Shown: positions 10,899-24,754 of the stretch, piece after piece | How positions within the stretch are numbered: position 1 is the stretch's first letter | Layout of the letters: every line of letters starts with the position of its first letter | NCBI GenBank assembly: GCA_964019425.1 | Contig: OZ025801.1 | Span: 620,001-684,000, forward strand | Reading direction: 5' to 3' | Length of the DNA stretch: 64,000 nucleotides | From: Flectonema sp. DT1601 | Taxonomy: Eukaryota | The notes under the pieces: model-generated | Database searches by the model: none | The model's input: the letters and a program-made list of their open reading frames with translations, nothing else | Told to the model about the DNA's origin: nothing | Position numbers and translations under genes: made by a program

Positions 10899-12386
10899 TT
10901 AAAATTGTTTGCTGTTTAATAATTCCTCGTCGCTCTCAAATCCGTCATCCTTAACATCTTCACTTTGTGATGTCAATTCTGAAAATGATTTTTGACCTGG
11001 TTCGTTGTGCCACATCTCCTGAACTTCTAAATCATTTTTAATCTTTTTATTATGACTATTTTCTTTTGAAAAATCTCCTTTGATAAATTTTTCTTCAACA
11101 GGTTGGGGATCATTGTGACGAGAGAAGTTTCCATATCGATGGTCTTCAGCGAGGAATGACACCCAAATTTTGGATACTCCTATAGTCTGATGGCTTTTGA
11201 CAACACCAAATCTTGTGATTGGTATCCGAAGTCTCTGACTACAATCATCTAACCAGTCGAATACAGTCGGACTTCCTGAAGAGAATCGAAATGATTCATC
11301 ATAATCAAGAGGTGCTTGCAACGATTGTTTCAACAGTCTTCCAGTATCACCAACCCTCAGTGGTTCTAAACAACAGTGCTGAGCTAGAACGTGACCTATG
11401 TATGATTGTGCTTTATCTTTCCATTCTGATTCGAGTAAGGACCATTCTATTTCATCGACCATCACGGAAACACAACAGATGCTGTCTCCTAACTTATTTG
11501 TATCATCTCGTGGATTGTGAACATACCAACCCATAAACCCATTTATAGGATGCGGTGCTACCGTAACTCTTTTAATAGTAATGGCTTCATTTAGAGACAA
11601 CGATTTTTTTAACAAAAAATCTTCCAACGGTAATGTATTACCGTCAATGTTTACATTCGATGTTAGAAGTATACTTTTTGGATCTGTGAATGGTTTAAAA
11701 AGATCGACTTCAGACACAGAACTACTAACCTGATGCGCTACATCTAAAAATCGCTTGTCGATCATCATCGACAACGACTCGCAAGATAGCTGTATAACAA
11801 CTGCTCCAATCCCATCGATATACTCTATGGTAGTCACACCGTAATCACACTTGGTAGCGATCAATGACGGCTTACCTTGCAATAGATAAACCGCAATTGA
11901 AATTTCCAAGTTTGAATCCAAAAGAGATTTTCTTATTTCTGAATCTGTTTTTTTATTTGAAGGATCAAGACGTGATTTTACTAAATTGATCAATCGGTCT
12001 GAAACTGTATTTGGGATCTCATTAAACCTGTGTGGAGAGTCTTTAAATAAATACGATCGGGTACTCTCGTTTTGATATCTTTCGACGTTTTTCTTAACTT
12101 CTAAATTCCGCGGAGGTAGTTTGTTGCTGTTTCTGATGATCGTGTCGTGAAATCCTTCCCTCTTTAATTCCCAAACTTTAGTATTTCTTCGTTCCTTCAG
12201 AGAACGTTGAGCTCGTGTGCCATGACTGTAGTGGACGTCTTCCTTACTATTTCTAAAAAACTTGTCGTTTAGTAAACCTGTTCCGTTTTGATCGCTGTTT
12301 CCTCGTTTGTGTTTAACTTTTCGAACATATTTCGCGTTGTTTTCAAAGGGAGTCCTCAGAAGTAGGGACCCTTTTCTAGACAGCAT
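10899..12386 (-). CDS. Divergent mitochondrial elongation factor Ts-like protein
   Basis: Basic N-terminal presequence (MLSRKGSLLLR). EF-Ts landmarks in order: IRKSLLDSNLEISIAVYLL (N-domain), AVVIQLSCES, LNEAITIKRV (cf. GENIxLRR), GWYVHN, KLG, LAQH, LLKQ. Confidence 0.7.
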   Translation of the reverse strand: MLSRKGSLLLRTPFENNAKYVRKVKHKRGNSDQNGTGLLNDKFFRNSKEDVHYSHGTRAQRSLKERRNTKVWELKREGFHDTIIRNSNKLPPRNLEVKKNVERYQNESTRSYLFKDSPHRFNEIPNTVSDRLINLVKSRLDPSNKKTDSEIRKSLLDSNLEISIAVYLLQGKPSLIATKCDYGVTTIEYIDGIGAVVIQLSCESLSMMIDKRFLDVAHQVSSSVSEVDLFKPFTDPKSILLTSNVNIDGNTLPLEDFLLKKSLSLNEAITIKRVTVAPHPINGFMGWYVHNPRDDTNKLGDSICCVSVMVDEIEWSLLESEWKDKAQSYIGHVLAQHCCLEPLRVGDTGRLLKQSLQAPLDYDESFRFSSGSPTVFDWLDDCSQRLRIPITRFGVVKSHQTIGVSKIWVSFLAEDHRYGNFSRHNDPQPVEEKFIKGDFSKENSHNKKIKNDLEVQEMWHNEPGQKSFSELTSQSEDVKDDGFESDEELLNSKQF

Positions 12387-13033
12387 TTTTTACATCCCTG
12401 GCAGTGAGAAAAGCATGTACGAACTTCTTTACTCGGAACACTGGAACACAAGAATGGTAAAAAAAAGAGACATTTTTAATTCATTTTTAACAATCGACGG
12501 TAACTATCTGTTGGTTCTTAACCCGAATAACTTAAAGTAAGGCTCACCATTACTAATGCCTCAACGGGAATTAATATTCTAAAAAAAAAATGGTTTTATT
12601 TTCATCTTTATTGTGGTTAGGAGTTATGCCATACCTCCCTCAGATCATACCTAGTAGTGAAAAGTATAATTGTAATCTAACATTACTATAAACAGAAAGA
12701 AAGCGTTTGTGTTCCCCCTACTGATAAGGACGGGGTTAACAAGTATTTGTTTTGTTTTTTTCCTCAAGACTCCTCTAACGGATGAAATGGTCACGTGTGT
12801 GAGGAAATCAACTCCTTGAATGATTTTTTTTTTTTTCCCTTTCTTCTTGGTGGTGGTACACCACCAATGCAGTTTCTAAATGCCGAGTACAATAACCTTT
12901 CCGTGTGAGCTTTTTAATGATGTTTTTTTTTTTTTTTTTTTTTTTGATAAAGTTTTTTTTTTTTTTTTTTTCCTTTCACCTTGAATCAAGCACTGCAAAA
13001 TAATCAAAAAAATGAATACAACAACAACAACAA

Positions 13034-13071
<38 letters not shown>

Positions 13072-14563
13072 ACAGCGCACAATCTCATCTTCAAAGGAAA
13101 TTGAATACACATCACCACTGAGCACAAAGGGGGATTAAATAGGGTCACTCCGAGAAGCATTTGTGGTCGTAGTTGATCAGGTTCAGGGAACGTAGATGCC
13201 GTGACTAGTTGCCGGCAAAAAGAGGGGGAAAAGGAAAAAAAAAAAGAAAAAAAAAAAAAGGTAAAAGAGGGTTAAGAGGGTTAAGAAGTGACGGTATAAC
13301 AGTGTTTGTGCAAGTGTGGGATAGAAACAAAAAAAAAAAAAAAAAAAAAAATTGGTCTGGATGCCCCGCACACAGAAATGGTTTAAAGCCAGCGGTTTCA
13401 TTACAAACAGACACATAGGTGTGAAGAGGGATGAGAAAAAAAAGAAAAAAAACTACGTACTAAGTTCACGCAGATAACGTCAATAATAAGAATTACAAAA
13501 CACTTTTTTTTTTTTTCCCCTTCTTTTCAAAATAAGACATCCTAAGAAGGTATTTTCGTATTTTTTTTTATGCGCAAAAAGCGAGAAAACAAAACAAAAC
13601 AAAGAGTGAAGATGGTCACCCGCAGACAAAGCAAACGTAGCGAGTTTGTGAAATGCCGTTGCCGGATTATTATTATTCTTATTTAGTTTCCATTGCGAGA
13701 CTTTTTTTTTTTTTTTTTTTTTTAAATTAGGACGTTAGTATTGTTTGTGCACAACAGATTCAAAAATCCTAACAAAGGAATTTCCTTTCATTCTACCGTA
13801 GGCCAGGCTTCGTTTTTTTCATGGGGAAAAAAAATAAATAAAAAGAAAAGAAAAGAATAGAATAAAATATGGATCACTAGGAGGAGTATTCCACACAGCG
13901 ATTTTCGTTTGTCCACAAAAACCGATGGATTCTCAATTTTTATTTTTATTTTTTTCCCCCACTTATACTAAGACAGTAGCTATAGCACACACTTCCTTTT
14001 TTTTCTTCCCACCCTCGGTTCCTCTTTTTTTTTTTTTTTTTTTTCCTTTCCTTTCTTCCCCTCTCCTCGGTTTTACCCGTGCAAAAATTCACACGGACGG
14101 AATCTACCACAATGCGGGGGGAAAAAAAAACATCACACCGCACAATATAACAGGAAAGTTCCCTTTTTGACTAACATTGCTTTGATGCAACAAAAAAAAT
14201 TATAAATAAGAAAAGAGTAATCCGTTTTTCTCCAAAGTTTTCCTCCCCTTATTTTCACCCTTCCTCGTTATAACACGCGCTTAAAGCTGTCACCTGAATT
14301 TTTTTTTTTTTTTTAGAAGGGGGCTTTTTTGTTTTCTTTTTCCAACAATAAGAATCTAATATAATGAGTTTTTTTTTTCTTTTTTTTTTTTTTTTTTTCC
14401 CGAAACATAATTCAAGAAAAAAAAGGAAAAAAACACAGATTTGAGCGAAATGATAGAAAAAAACAGTAATTCGGCTTCGTCAAAAAAAATACCATCGTCT
14501 TTGTGGCAGTCGGTTACTTTGCCTGTTAGTCTTAAAAAACTGCAATAACAGAGCAGTATAACA

Positions 14564-15600
14564 TTATGCTACGCCTACTTCTCTTGCAAGGCGTTGTTCT
14601 CGTCGTTCTGCAAGCATGAATTTACAGTTTTCGTAAACTGCATACGTAATAGCTGCAGTTGGAGCAACCTTTAAAAGAGAGGGTATGTAACCAGAATAAA
14701 GACCCCTCACACCAGCCGATTGGTATGTCTTAACGAAGCAATCTAATGGAGATGAAAACAAAATCGGTCTATCTAAAGTCATTCCTTGAGCCTGTAGCCT
14801 CATACGAACGACACCAAGTGGATATGTTACTGTCTGAGCAACAAAACTACTTATCATTCCAAACATTAATATGTATTGAATCGGTAATTGAGGAGTTGAT
14901 GAATGTGTTTGTTTGTAGTGATGTTTCATCGTATCGAATAGCAATAAATCTATACCAGCATACGGAATCATTCCAAATAATGAAGTTCCCATTCCCTTAT
15001 ACAATGCTCTCCATCCTTCATATCGTAACATTCTATTTATTACGTGTCCTAGCATTCCACCGTAGCGGAGATCGTGCTGTTTTGTTGGTTTTATTTTGTC
15101 TTTTTTTTTTTTTTTTCTGAAATAAAAGATGTAGTTGAAACAATACACACCCTGTAGACTCCTGTTTCCGATGCGGCCAGTCTGGTTTTAATTACGTCAA
15201 GGGGATAGACTGTAGCTTGAGCGATAATACCGGCAGTGGCACCAGCGAGAAAAGTTGCTGAGTTAGTCTGCGATGCGCTGGCGTTTGGAACTCTTTTCGG
15301 TTTCAGACTCTCAAAAATAAGAAATTTAATCGAAGTTTCCGGCATAACCTTCGTCACATTTGTGAAATTTCCCCTCCAGAAACCAGTCAAACCAGCCTCA
15401 CGATATATCATTTTGAGTCCTCCCAGAACACCAGCACTCCTACTGCTGAGTTTGACTCGTTGGGTCTCTCTGAAAGCATCCCTTAGTGCCATTAGTGTCT
15501 TCAATCTATCAAGAGGTGCTGTAACCGACCTCGATATCACTCCAGCAGTTGCTCCTGAAATTAAAATATCAGACGCTGGAGGGCGTTCAGAGCCCTCCAT
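14564..15600 (-). CDS. Mitochondrial carrier (SLC25), closest to ATP-Mg/Pi carriers SLC25A23-25; two exons 15600-15151 and 15076-14564, 320 aa
   Basis: Three Px[DE]xx[KR]xR-type motifs (PLDRLK, PLDVIKTR, PLGVVRMR), FWRGNFTNVTKVMPE and YAGIDL. A phase-0 74-nt intron GTGTGT...AAAACAG (15150-15077) joins the two ORFs in frame. Confidence 0.92.
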
Positions 15601-18600
15601 TGTTGTTCGTGTCCTTAATTAAAGAATTAAGCATAATGGATGCACAAAAAAAAAAGAATCGGAAAACTTTCTTATAAAAAAAATGAAAAATAACCATCCT
15701 CAAACACAATACAAAAGCTACATGAATGATAGACTTACCTGTGAAAAAGGAAATAACTTTTTTTTTTTTTTAAAAATCTTCAAAAAAAGATTTGGAAGAA
15801 GGAAAAACAAAAAAAAAAAAAAAAAAAGAAAAGAAAACGACAACAACAAAAATAATAAACCAGACTTGAGAAAAGACACAGTGTGCTTTATGAACTGATA
15901 ACGACAACAACAAAAAAAAAAAAAAAAAAAAAGGTGGAAAAAATATCAGTCGCCAGACTGAAACAATGAAGAAAAAAAAGAATTGCACAAAGGGAGGCAA
16001 GTCTCTAACAGTTAATCGCAGCAACACGTTATTGCTGGTGGGTTTTATAAGAAACAATCTCCCGGGGGGAAAAAAAAAAAAAAAAAAAATCTTTGAAAGA
16101 ATAACAAATCACCACATCATAACATTCCTTCCTTAAGGAAAAAAAATAATGAAACAAAAAAAAAAAAACTCTACTGATAGCACCAGTTAGCAAACTAGGT
16201 AGGTTCTGAGAACGTTACTTCAGATGCAGCGTTTTTCCGGATGAGAAAGTCTCTGAAACAAAAATGAGTTTTTTTTTTTTTTTTGATAAAAATAGGAACA
16301 CACTGCAATAATAATTTTAACAAAAAAAAAAACAGAAAAAAAAATAATTTGCTTTTTTTTGTCTACTAGACACCGAATTGCTTATATTCTGATTTGCATC
16401 CCCTCAAAAAAGAATCGGCCAACTTCACTTTTTATTCACATGCGCAACAAAAAAAAAGACTCGGCAATTTAACAATATATCATACAAACTTACTGGACAA
16501 AAAAAAAAAACATTTTTGGTGATTGTTTTACTTTATTTTCTTTTTTTCTTTTTTTTTTTTATTTTTACACAACTTCACTCTTGCTAGGGAGGACACAAGC
16601 AGTCCCTGATGATTTTGTAATTTGCCTACAGCCGCTACTTTATTACTTTTTTTTTTTTTTTTGTAATCAACACCCTGCATTGAACGACAATAACAAAAAA
16701 GAAAAAATGAGGGGGGGGAAAAAAAAAAATCTTTATTATTCTTGTTGTTGTTGTTTTTTTTTTCTTTAACCACTTTCTTCAACTGCCAAACTTTAAAACA
16801 AAGTCAAAAAAATGAAAAAAAAAAAAAAAAAATGAAACAATAAGAAGGGAAACCCCCAATCTCCAAAAAAAAAAAAAAAAAAAATCGTACACGAAATCCG
16901 TGAACCGACTGACACCGGTGCTAAAGGAGGTCTACGTGCCGTTCCAGTATTATTTTTGGCTCCTACATGGAGGAGGAAAAAGATCCCTAATTTAAAAAAA
17001 GAAAAGTAACTGCAAAAGAAGACAAAAAGAGCAAACCTACTCAACAGTATAGCACTGTGTTGCTATTGCCGATTGGATTCCGTGCTCGTTTAAGAACAAA
17101 CAACGCAATCTGAAAATTACAAGTGGTCTATGTGTTTTTGCCGTATAAAAGAAAAAGGGAAAAAAAAAGGCAGTGTAAAAATATTGAACAAATAAAAATA
17201 AAAAAAGCTTTTGTTTGTGCGCGAAACCGTGAACCGACCTTAAACTGGTGATAAAGCTAAAGGAGGTTTACGTGTGCTGCCTAACATTCTTTTTTCGTTC
17301 TTACAATACTTGTTAAATGAAATAAAAAATATCAAAAAAAAAAAAAAAAAAAAAGGTGCGCGAGTATTTCCATATCGGTCTCAGGGAACCAACTCTGGTG
17401 ACAGAAACAAAACATCGCTGTATTGCACCACCCAAACCGAACGATAAATGACACCGATATGTCAAAAGTGGCATGGAGGGGAAAAAACTACGAACTTTCT
17501 TTTCATTCTTTAACTACACAAACACTGAACAAATTTTGCACGTTATTTTTTTTTTTTTTTTTTTTTTTTTTCTTCTTCGTTGTCGTTTTCCCCTTTTTTG
17601 CCTTATCGGTCAGCCTCCCTTCCTTGCAAGTGCACTCAGAGGAAGATTGAAAAACTAAAAATTGTATAAAAAAAGAGGGGGTAAAAAAAAAAAGGGGGCG
17701 TGAAAACCACAATATAAATGGCAAAACAAAATTCAAAAAAAAAAAAAAATCAAAATTCAAATCACTCGTCCACCAATAGAAGAGCGTACTATTTTTTTTT
17801 TTTTTTTCCCCCTCCCCCCGTCTCTTTTTTTTAAAAATATACAAATCAATAAAATACCCAGCCACTATTATTATAATAAAAACAGGCTGTGAGTTCTCTT
17901 CCACAAGTTGTAAAGAAAAGATAAGAATTTTTCTGTAACCCAGCCCACCAACAAGAGTAGTCTGTTAGTTGCTATTCCCTTTCTAAAAATATTTTTTTTT
18001 TTTAAATAGTCGCATAGCCATTTATTACATATTCTAAATAAAGTCGTAAAGCACTCATCACTGGCTAAAACATTAGAGATGCTTTCGAAATGTGACTCAA
18101 GTTAGAGAGCCCAGCCCCCCTCCCCCACAGGAGGGTGCTGTTGGCTGATTTGGTTGGCTTAGTGACGCTTTCCTTCATTTCAAAAAAAAAAAAAAAGAAG
18201 AAAAAAAAAGAAAGAAAAGAAAAACATCGGGAAAGAGCCACCAAAAGAGAAAAAAATAATATAAAAAACAACGACAGACACAAAAACAATGACGAAGGTG
18301 AGTACATGCGACTGTTTTTTTTTTTTTTCGCGCACACATACATACATTTCTTGTATACTCTTGTTCCGCAGAGATCGTACGTAAAAGTCCAATCCCTGGA
18401 GGTGCTGCATCCCTCAGTTTTTTTTGATTTTGTTTTGTTTTGTTTGTTTTTTCCTTCCCTTGCCCCACAGAAATACGAACACACGCAAGGACAGTAGCAA
18501 AACAAAAAAAGAGAAATGAGAAAAGTAGGGAGTTCAGTGATGCAATAAACGCACCTTGGCTTGAAGTACGAAATGCGGTGCATCGCTATGGCACTATGCG

Positions 18601-18710
18601 TGAAAGGCTGCTCTTTAGCTCTTTAATTTTTTTTTTTTGACATTTGTCATTAAGCACGCCATGCAAGCTGTCTTACAAGCACAGAAGCATACGCATGTGG
18701 CAGCCCACAA

Positions 18711-18746
<36 letters not shown>

Positions 18747-19279
18747 AACAAGAAATAAATTATAAAAAATAAAAATAGCATATTGCACAATTATATTTTT
18801 TTTTTTTTTTTCCCCTTCAGAATGTGATAATGAGTAGACAAGCACCCTCTTTTCGAGGTGAATAATACCGTTAATTTTATTCCTTTTTTTTTTTTTTTTT
18901 TTTTCTTTTACTGTTTCTTTCTTTGTAGTTAGAAAGCACAAAGTAACAACTTGCTTACAAAAAAAAAAAAGGAAAGGAAAGGAAAAATACAGGGGGGAAT
19001 TGAAATAGAAATGAAATACAATTTTTTTCTTCTATCTCTGAAGTTGTCCCCAGTAGTAGTAGTAGTAGGGCTTTTTTTTGTTATTGTTGTTGCTGTTGTT
19101 GTTGTTGTTGTTGTTGCTGTTGCCGTGTCTCCCACTGATTTCACTCAACTAAATCCAGTTTAAACTTATAGTTGTTCAACGAAAACAATAAACGACAGGC
19201 CATTATATAACTTTTCTCCATTCCCATTATTTTCACATCATCTACGAGATGTTTTTTTTTTTTTTTTTTTCCACAAATA

Positions 19280-19775
19280 TGAGTACAGCCGACTCGGTGC
19301 TGTTTATCTTAGAAAGCAGAAACTGACCATCAACGCAACAGTTCCTATGTAAGTGTAGCAAAAAGACGAAAAGCCAATTTGTTCTATTTTCTTTTACAGA
19401 TTAGTAAAGTTAGAAATTAATATCGTACCACTCATTGAGAGTGAATCAAAAACGGAATCTAAATTTTACGAAATAAGTACAGCCGAATCAAAGCTGTTAT
19501 ATTTTAGAAAACAGAAAACAGATTATTATCATCCAAAAAGTTCCTATGTAAGTGTAGCAAAAAAAAAAACGGAAAAAGCCAAATTTGTTCTATTTTCTGT
19601 TTCAGTGACTTGGAAGTAGAAATCGAAATCGCAAACATCTCTACCACTTATTCAGAGTGAGTCAAAGACGGAATTTAAAATTTTACGAAATAATTGCAGC
19701 CGACTCCGGTGCTGCTTATTAATGTAGCAAAAAAGACGGAAAAAGTCAATTATTCTATTTTCTTTACAGATCTCA
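19280..19775. repeat. Degenerate tandem triplication of a ~200-bp unit
   Basis: The block cagccga...gtagcaaaaa..acg.aaaag..aat..ttctatttt recurs starting at ~19282, ~19476 and ~19692. Confidence 0.8.
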
Positions 19776-21044
19776 GTTCAGAAGGCAGAAATAGTCCTAC
19801 AACGCAAATCAGATGCATCGCAGAGAACAATACAATCAGTTCATATCATTAATTTTAGAACAGAAAAAGTGAGAATAAGAAAAGTAGAGATTAGTAAAAA
19901 GAAAAGTATTCATTTCTGCAGTTTCCTAACATCAAATGGTAATAGAATATGTAGTTTCAGGAGCCTTAATCTTATACTACTTGTCCCCTTTTAGGCCTTC
20001 ATCAGTAAGTTCTAAGGGACTTCATTCTATGTTGAAGTTGCTATCGTTCTAAGATAAAATCAGTTCAGTAGTTTGGTAATTCTTTTTGAAAATCGCGTGA
20101 CTTTTTAAAAAAAAAAGAAGAAAAAAATTATTATTATTATTATTATAAAAAAGAAAAATCAAATACAAAACAAGAAATTCTTTCTTTTTTTTTTTTTTTT
20201 TCCAGCCAGGCAAGAACTTAAAGGCAATTGAATGTTTGAATTTATAAAACACAACTGTATTGTATCATATTAACATAAAACGATAATTTAACAATCTGTT
20301 AAGGATACAGTGAACTATGGGTAATATGCTTAACTTATCCTTTTTTTTAAAGTAACAACTATTAGGGTTTCGAGAGTAATCCATATACCTCTTTACCTCT
20401 ATTCTCTCATCATCAGTTATGATGTAGAAGTAAATCAATCAGCTATTGTGACTGAATCACCCTAGTTAGTAATTCTGGTGATGTAGCTACTTTTTTTTTT
20501 TTTTTTGATTATTATTATTGTAATGAAAAAAAAAAACTACTTCAATCGGGCAAGAAACTTAAAAGGGGGATGGTCAACTACAAAGGAAAAAAAAAAAAAA
20601 AAAGAAGAAAAAAAAACTAATTGGGTAAGTGGAAAAGTACATAGCACTTGCAGAACTATAACACATTACAAAAAATTGTTTTTTTTTTTTTTTTTTTTTG
20701 GTTTCTTTTACAATTTAAACTAACTAACATGAAAGCACGAAAGGGTACATTTTTGTGCGAGCTAACACAGAGAACAGTCGTTAAACGGGGCGACCTGTTT
20801 TTTAAAAAAAATAAACATTAAAAAAAATTAAAAATTAAAAAAAATTGAAGATTTCTCGAACAGTTGCCTCAGACCTCTGACAACCTTTTTTTAGCTCATG
20901 AAGAAAACAATCCATGGAAAAAAAAGAAAAAAAAGAAAAATTTCGGTGTAAGAAAAAAAGAAAAAAGCGAACGTGGGGCATAGAGGAAGAGAAACCGCAA
21001 CTTAAAAATACAAAAAAGGAAAAAATCCCCAACAGGCCAATTTT

Positions 21045-21081
<37 letters not shown>

Positions 21082-22041
21082 CTTTTCTCTTGATGTACAA
21101 GATATCACTTTTTCTTTTCTCTACAATAAAAGCAACTCCCGTGATCAATTACTCTTGATTAAAGAAATCGCTTTTGAATTGACCAAAAAGGAAAGCCATT
21201 CCTCATTGCTGTGCACAAAACTGAGAAACTCTTTAGTGAATTGCGTGTGGTCGTTGCTGTTGCTGTTGTTGTTTTTTTTTTTTTTTTCATTCTTTCGCAC
21301 AAAACATAAGGGGATAAAGATTTTTTTTTTTTTTTTTTTTTTTCACAATAAAACGATGAGAACACAGTGGGGAAATGGAGGAGGAGGCTCTCTCTCTCTC
21401 TCTCTGAGGGCAAGGTAAGGCATCATAGAACAAGTAAAAAAAGTAGTAGTAATTTTTTTTTTTTTTTTTTTTTCAAAAAAAACAAAAAAAAAATTTAAAA
21501 AAAAAAAAAAAAAGCGTCTGATAAAGGCAAGAACGGTAAAAAAATAAAATAAAAAATAACTAACATAACAAAAACAAAGCAAAAGATTGGGGAATAAAAG
21601 AGGAGGAAAAGACTTAAAGATTGAGAATTGAGGTTTATTCCTCTTCCCTCCTCTTTAATATAAAACACTTCATCGAACACATCATCTTCGTTTTTTTAGA
21701 TATCAATTGCGTACACTGTTTTGTAAACATTACTTCAGAAGGAAACTTCTCAATGAACGCAAGGAGTTATTTTGTTTTTCTTCTTCTTCTTTTTTTTTTT
21801 TTTTTTTCAAACTACTGTTGCATACAAAAGCAATCGAGCAGTTGAGATAAAAAATAAAACAAAAGAAAAAAACACAAAACAATGCACATAAAAACCTCGT
21901 ATATAAAAATAAATATGTGCAAGCAATCAAAATCTCTTTTTTTTTTTTTTTTTTTTTTCGATAAAAAAGATTTGCAAAAATTTCAATATTTTTTACTTTT
22001 TCACCAAAGTTGAACGCACCAAAAGACAATCTGGTGTGCCA

Positions 22042-22078
<37 letters not shown>

Positions 22079-23062
22079 TTAGTTAGGTTATCAATATTGT
22101 CATTAATGTGTAGCCCCACCGCTTCCAACTATTAAATTAGTAGCTGAGTTGTGATATTTTTATTTATACGTAAATCGAAGCAATTGCCCATCAGGGAATA
22201 AGTAGTAATAACTCCGCCGTCGTGGGCAGCCCTTTTGAGATATAGTTTCCCTCAATGATGATGTTATATAAAATAACTTCAATAAAAACTTTTTTAATTT
22301 GTTGTTTCTTTCGACTACGCGCAAGCAAATACACAACAGCTGCGGATGGGCCGAACTCGAAAAGGAGGAGTCTGCCTAATTATTATTTATTTTTTTTTTG
22401 TTTGTTTGTTTGTTATTATTTAGTCAATTGTTAGATAACGTGAAGGGAAAATTTGGGAAGGGATGAAAAAGCAAGAAAACATTGGAAATAATTTTCTTTT
22501 TAATTATTTTTTTTATTCGTTATTACTTTTTTTTTTTTTTTTGAAACAATTTGTTCTTTTTTTTTTTTTTTTCTCCATTACGAACTACATAAATACAAAA
22601 AACTCAGGAGAAAGGGAAAGTTTTTGTTTGTTTTGTTTTTTGTTTTTTTTTCTTTTTCCCCCTTTCCGCAACATATGCCAAGTTATCATGTGCAGCCTCC
22701 AGAGATTGCCAAAAAAAAGAGAAAAAAAAAAAGGACAACGTCAAACCTAGACAAAGGTTGCATCCATTTTTTTTTATTTAATTTTCTTAAATCCCCAGCT
22801 CAAAGAGAGCTAAGCAGACCTGAAAGGAAGAAAAAAAAGAAAGAAAAAAAAAAATCAAACCCGCGTCTCTCAAAACAGGATAAAAAAAATATGATAAAAA
22901 TAAAAAGCCCTACTGAACTGGACCACTCAATGTGATCAGTCGGGGCGTGTCAAATACTTTGTTAATTAAATGCCCGCTATGGTTATTTGCAAATACGTAC
23001 GTCATCTTTTTCCTTCTTCCTTTTTTTCCATTTTTTTTTTTTTTTTCCCTCTCATTACCAAA

Positions 23063-23722
23063 CTACGATCGATACGAGCTGAATGCCGGTGATAAAGTAT
23101 TCAAACGAAGCTCTGCACCAAATGATATGCGTGACTTGGAAATTTTCAATTCCAGTTGATTTATAACTGGATTACTGCATCTCATTGGAGGTTCGATCTC
23201 ATCCTCACTTGGATAAGAATCCTCATCTTCGTTGTCAAAACTGCTGAGGTCAACGTAAGACTTTATTCTAACTGGAAACACCGCAGGGGTCATGTCATCC
23301 ATTGCAGGACCTGGACTTGACACGCCTCTCATCTGTAAGGGTGATGAGCTTCCACAGAAATCACCATAATCCTTTACCATTCGTGAACAGTCTTCAGAAC
23401 TTTTAATTTTTGGAAATGGACAGATGACATTTTCTCCTGTCGTACCTGATGTTGTTTGTTGTTGTTTTGTTTTGTTTTTTGTACATTGTGGTAAAAATGA
23501 AGGCAGAAATCAAGACAGAAAATAGTAATATAACACTTGTTGATGTTAGTTTTTGTTTGTGGTGTTACAGTACTTGTTAAATGCAAAAAAAAAACAACAA
23601 AAAAAGAAAAAAACCTTTTTCTGCAAGGATACTTTGGATTTCAGAACCAGATCCAGTGGTGATATCTTGCACGTCATCTTCGCTGTCATTTTCAACAAGG
23701 CAAGTTTCAAAATCGAATCTCT

Positions 23723-23753
<31 letters not shown>

Positions 23754-23913
23754 TAATTACACTCAACACACCAAACTAACAATAGACAAGATAACATACA
23801 GCCACCTTAAACAGAGGAGTAGGCGCAACTATAACACTGGAACTGCTTCCCTCGTACGTTGGCGACATCAGTTCACTCACTGACATACTCATGGCTTCCA
23901 GACCACCCGACAT
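23063..23913 (-). CDS. Three-exon orphan acidic/Ser-rich protein, 200 aa (exons 23913-23800, 23720-23615, 23445-23063)
   Basis: Introns GTATGT...AAACAG (79 nt, phase 0) and GTTTTT...CATCAG (169 nt, phase 1) splice into one open frame, MSGGLEAM...KVARFDFE...AEKGTTGE...MVKDYG...SYRS*. Confidence 0.8.
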
Positions 23914-24754
23914 TATTATTTTTTAATTAATTAACACAGAATCACCAATAGTTTATTTCCGATAAGATTTCGATAAACTCGATTCTTTTTTTTTATAATA
24001 AAAAAAAAAAAAAAAGGATCGAAGGTAATCCGAGAGGAAGAGAGGGAGGGAAGGGGGGAAAAAATAGGGGGGGAAGATACCCTGTAACAAAAAGAATAAT
24101 AATAACAAATAAATAAAAACATAATAAAACACCAAATCGGCTAAAGCAGTCGCACATTATAAAGAAAAGCCACGACTTCACAAGGATAGAAGGAGATTAA
24201 AACTAACAGAGAATAACAGAAAAAAGAAAAACCTGCGACGTATACAAGACGATAATTATGCAAACAGCAGCCCAGTACATACCTCTCGCATTGGTTTAAA
24301 TAAACGGGGGTTGAATGTTTGAATTTGTACGTAAAATACAAATGTATTGTATCATAAACAACATTAGTTTTAGATACAGTGACTAAACGGGAAGGGGGTA
24401 GAAATGTTTGAACATATTTGTGAAGAAATAGTTAGTTAGTAAAGAAACATCTGTATTGTACCATAGTTAACAAAAAAGAAACGTTAGTCATGATACATGA
24501 ATAAAACAGGGGGGTAAAGAAAAACTATCGCTAGGTAACAGCGTAGAGCTAGAATTTGGTTTTTTTTTTTTTTTTTTTTTTTGGTTTTTTTTTTTTTTTT
24601 TCTCCCCCCCTGTTTCGATCATTACGAGTACTTTAATTGGTTCCATTTATGTGCAAAGACCTGCAGTATTATTCCCCGCTCGAATAAAAAAAAAAAAAAC
24701 TAATGCCGACTATAAAACACTCCTTTAAATCACAAGCTAATCGAACTTGATTTT

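Noticed and set aside
12876..23060. Dozens of short poly-F/poly-K ORFs
   Set aside because: They are translations of poly(T)/poly(A) tracts with no coding complexity.
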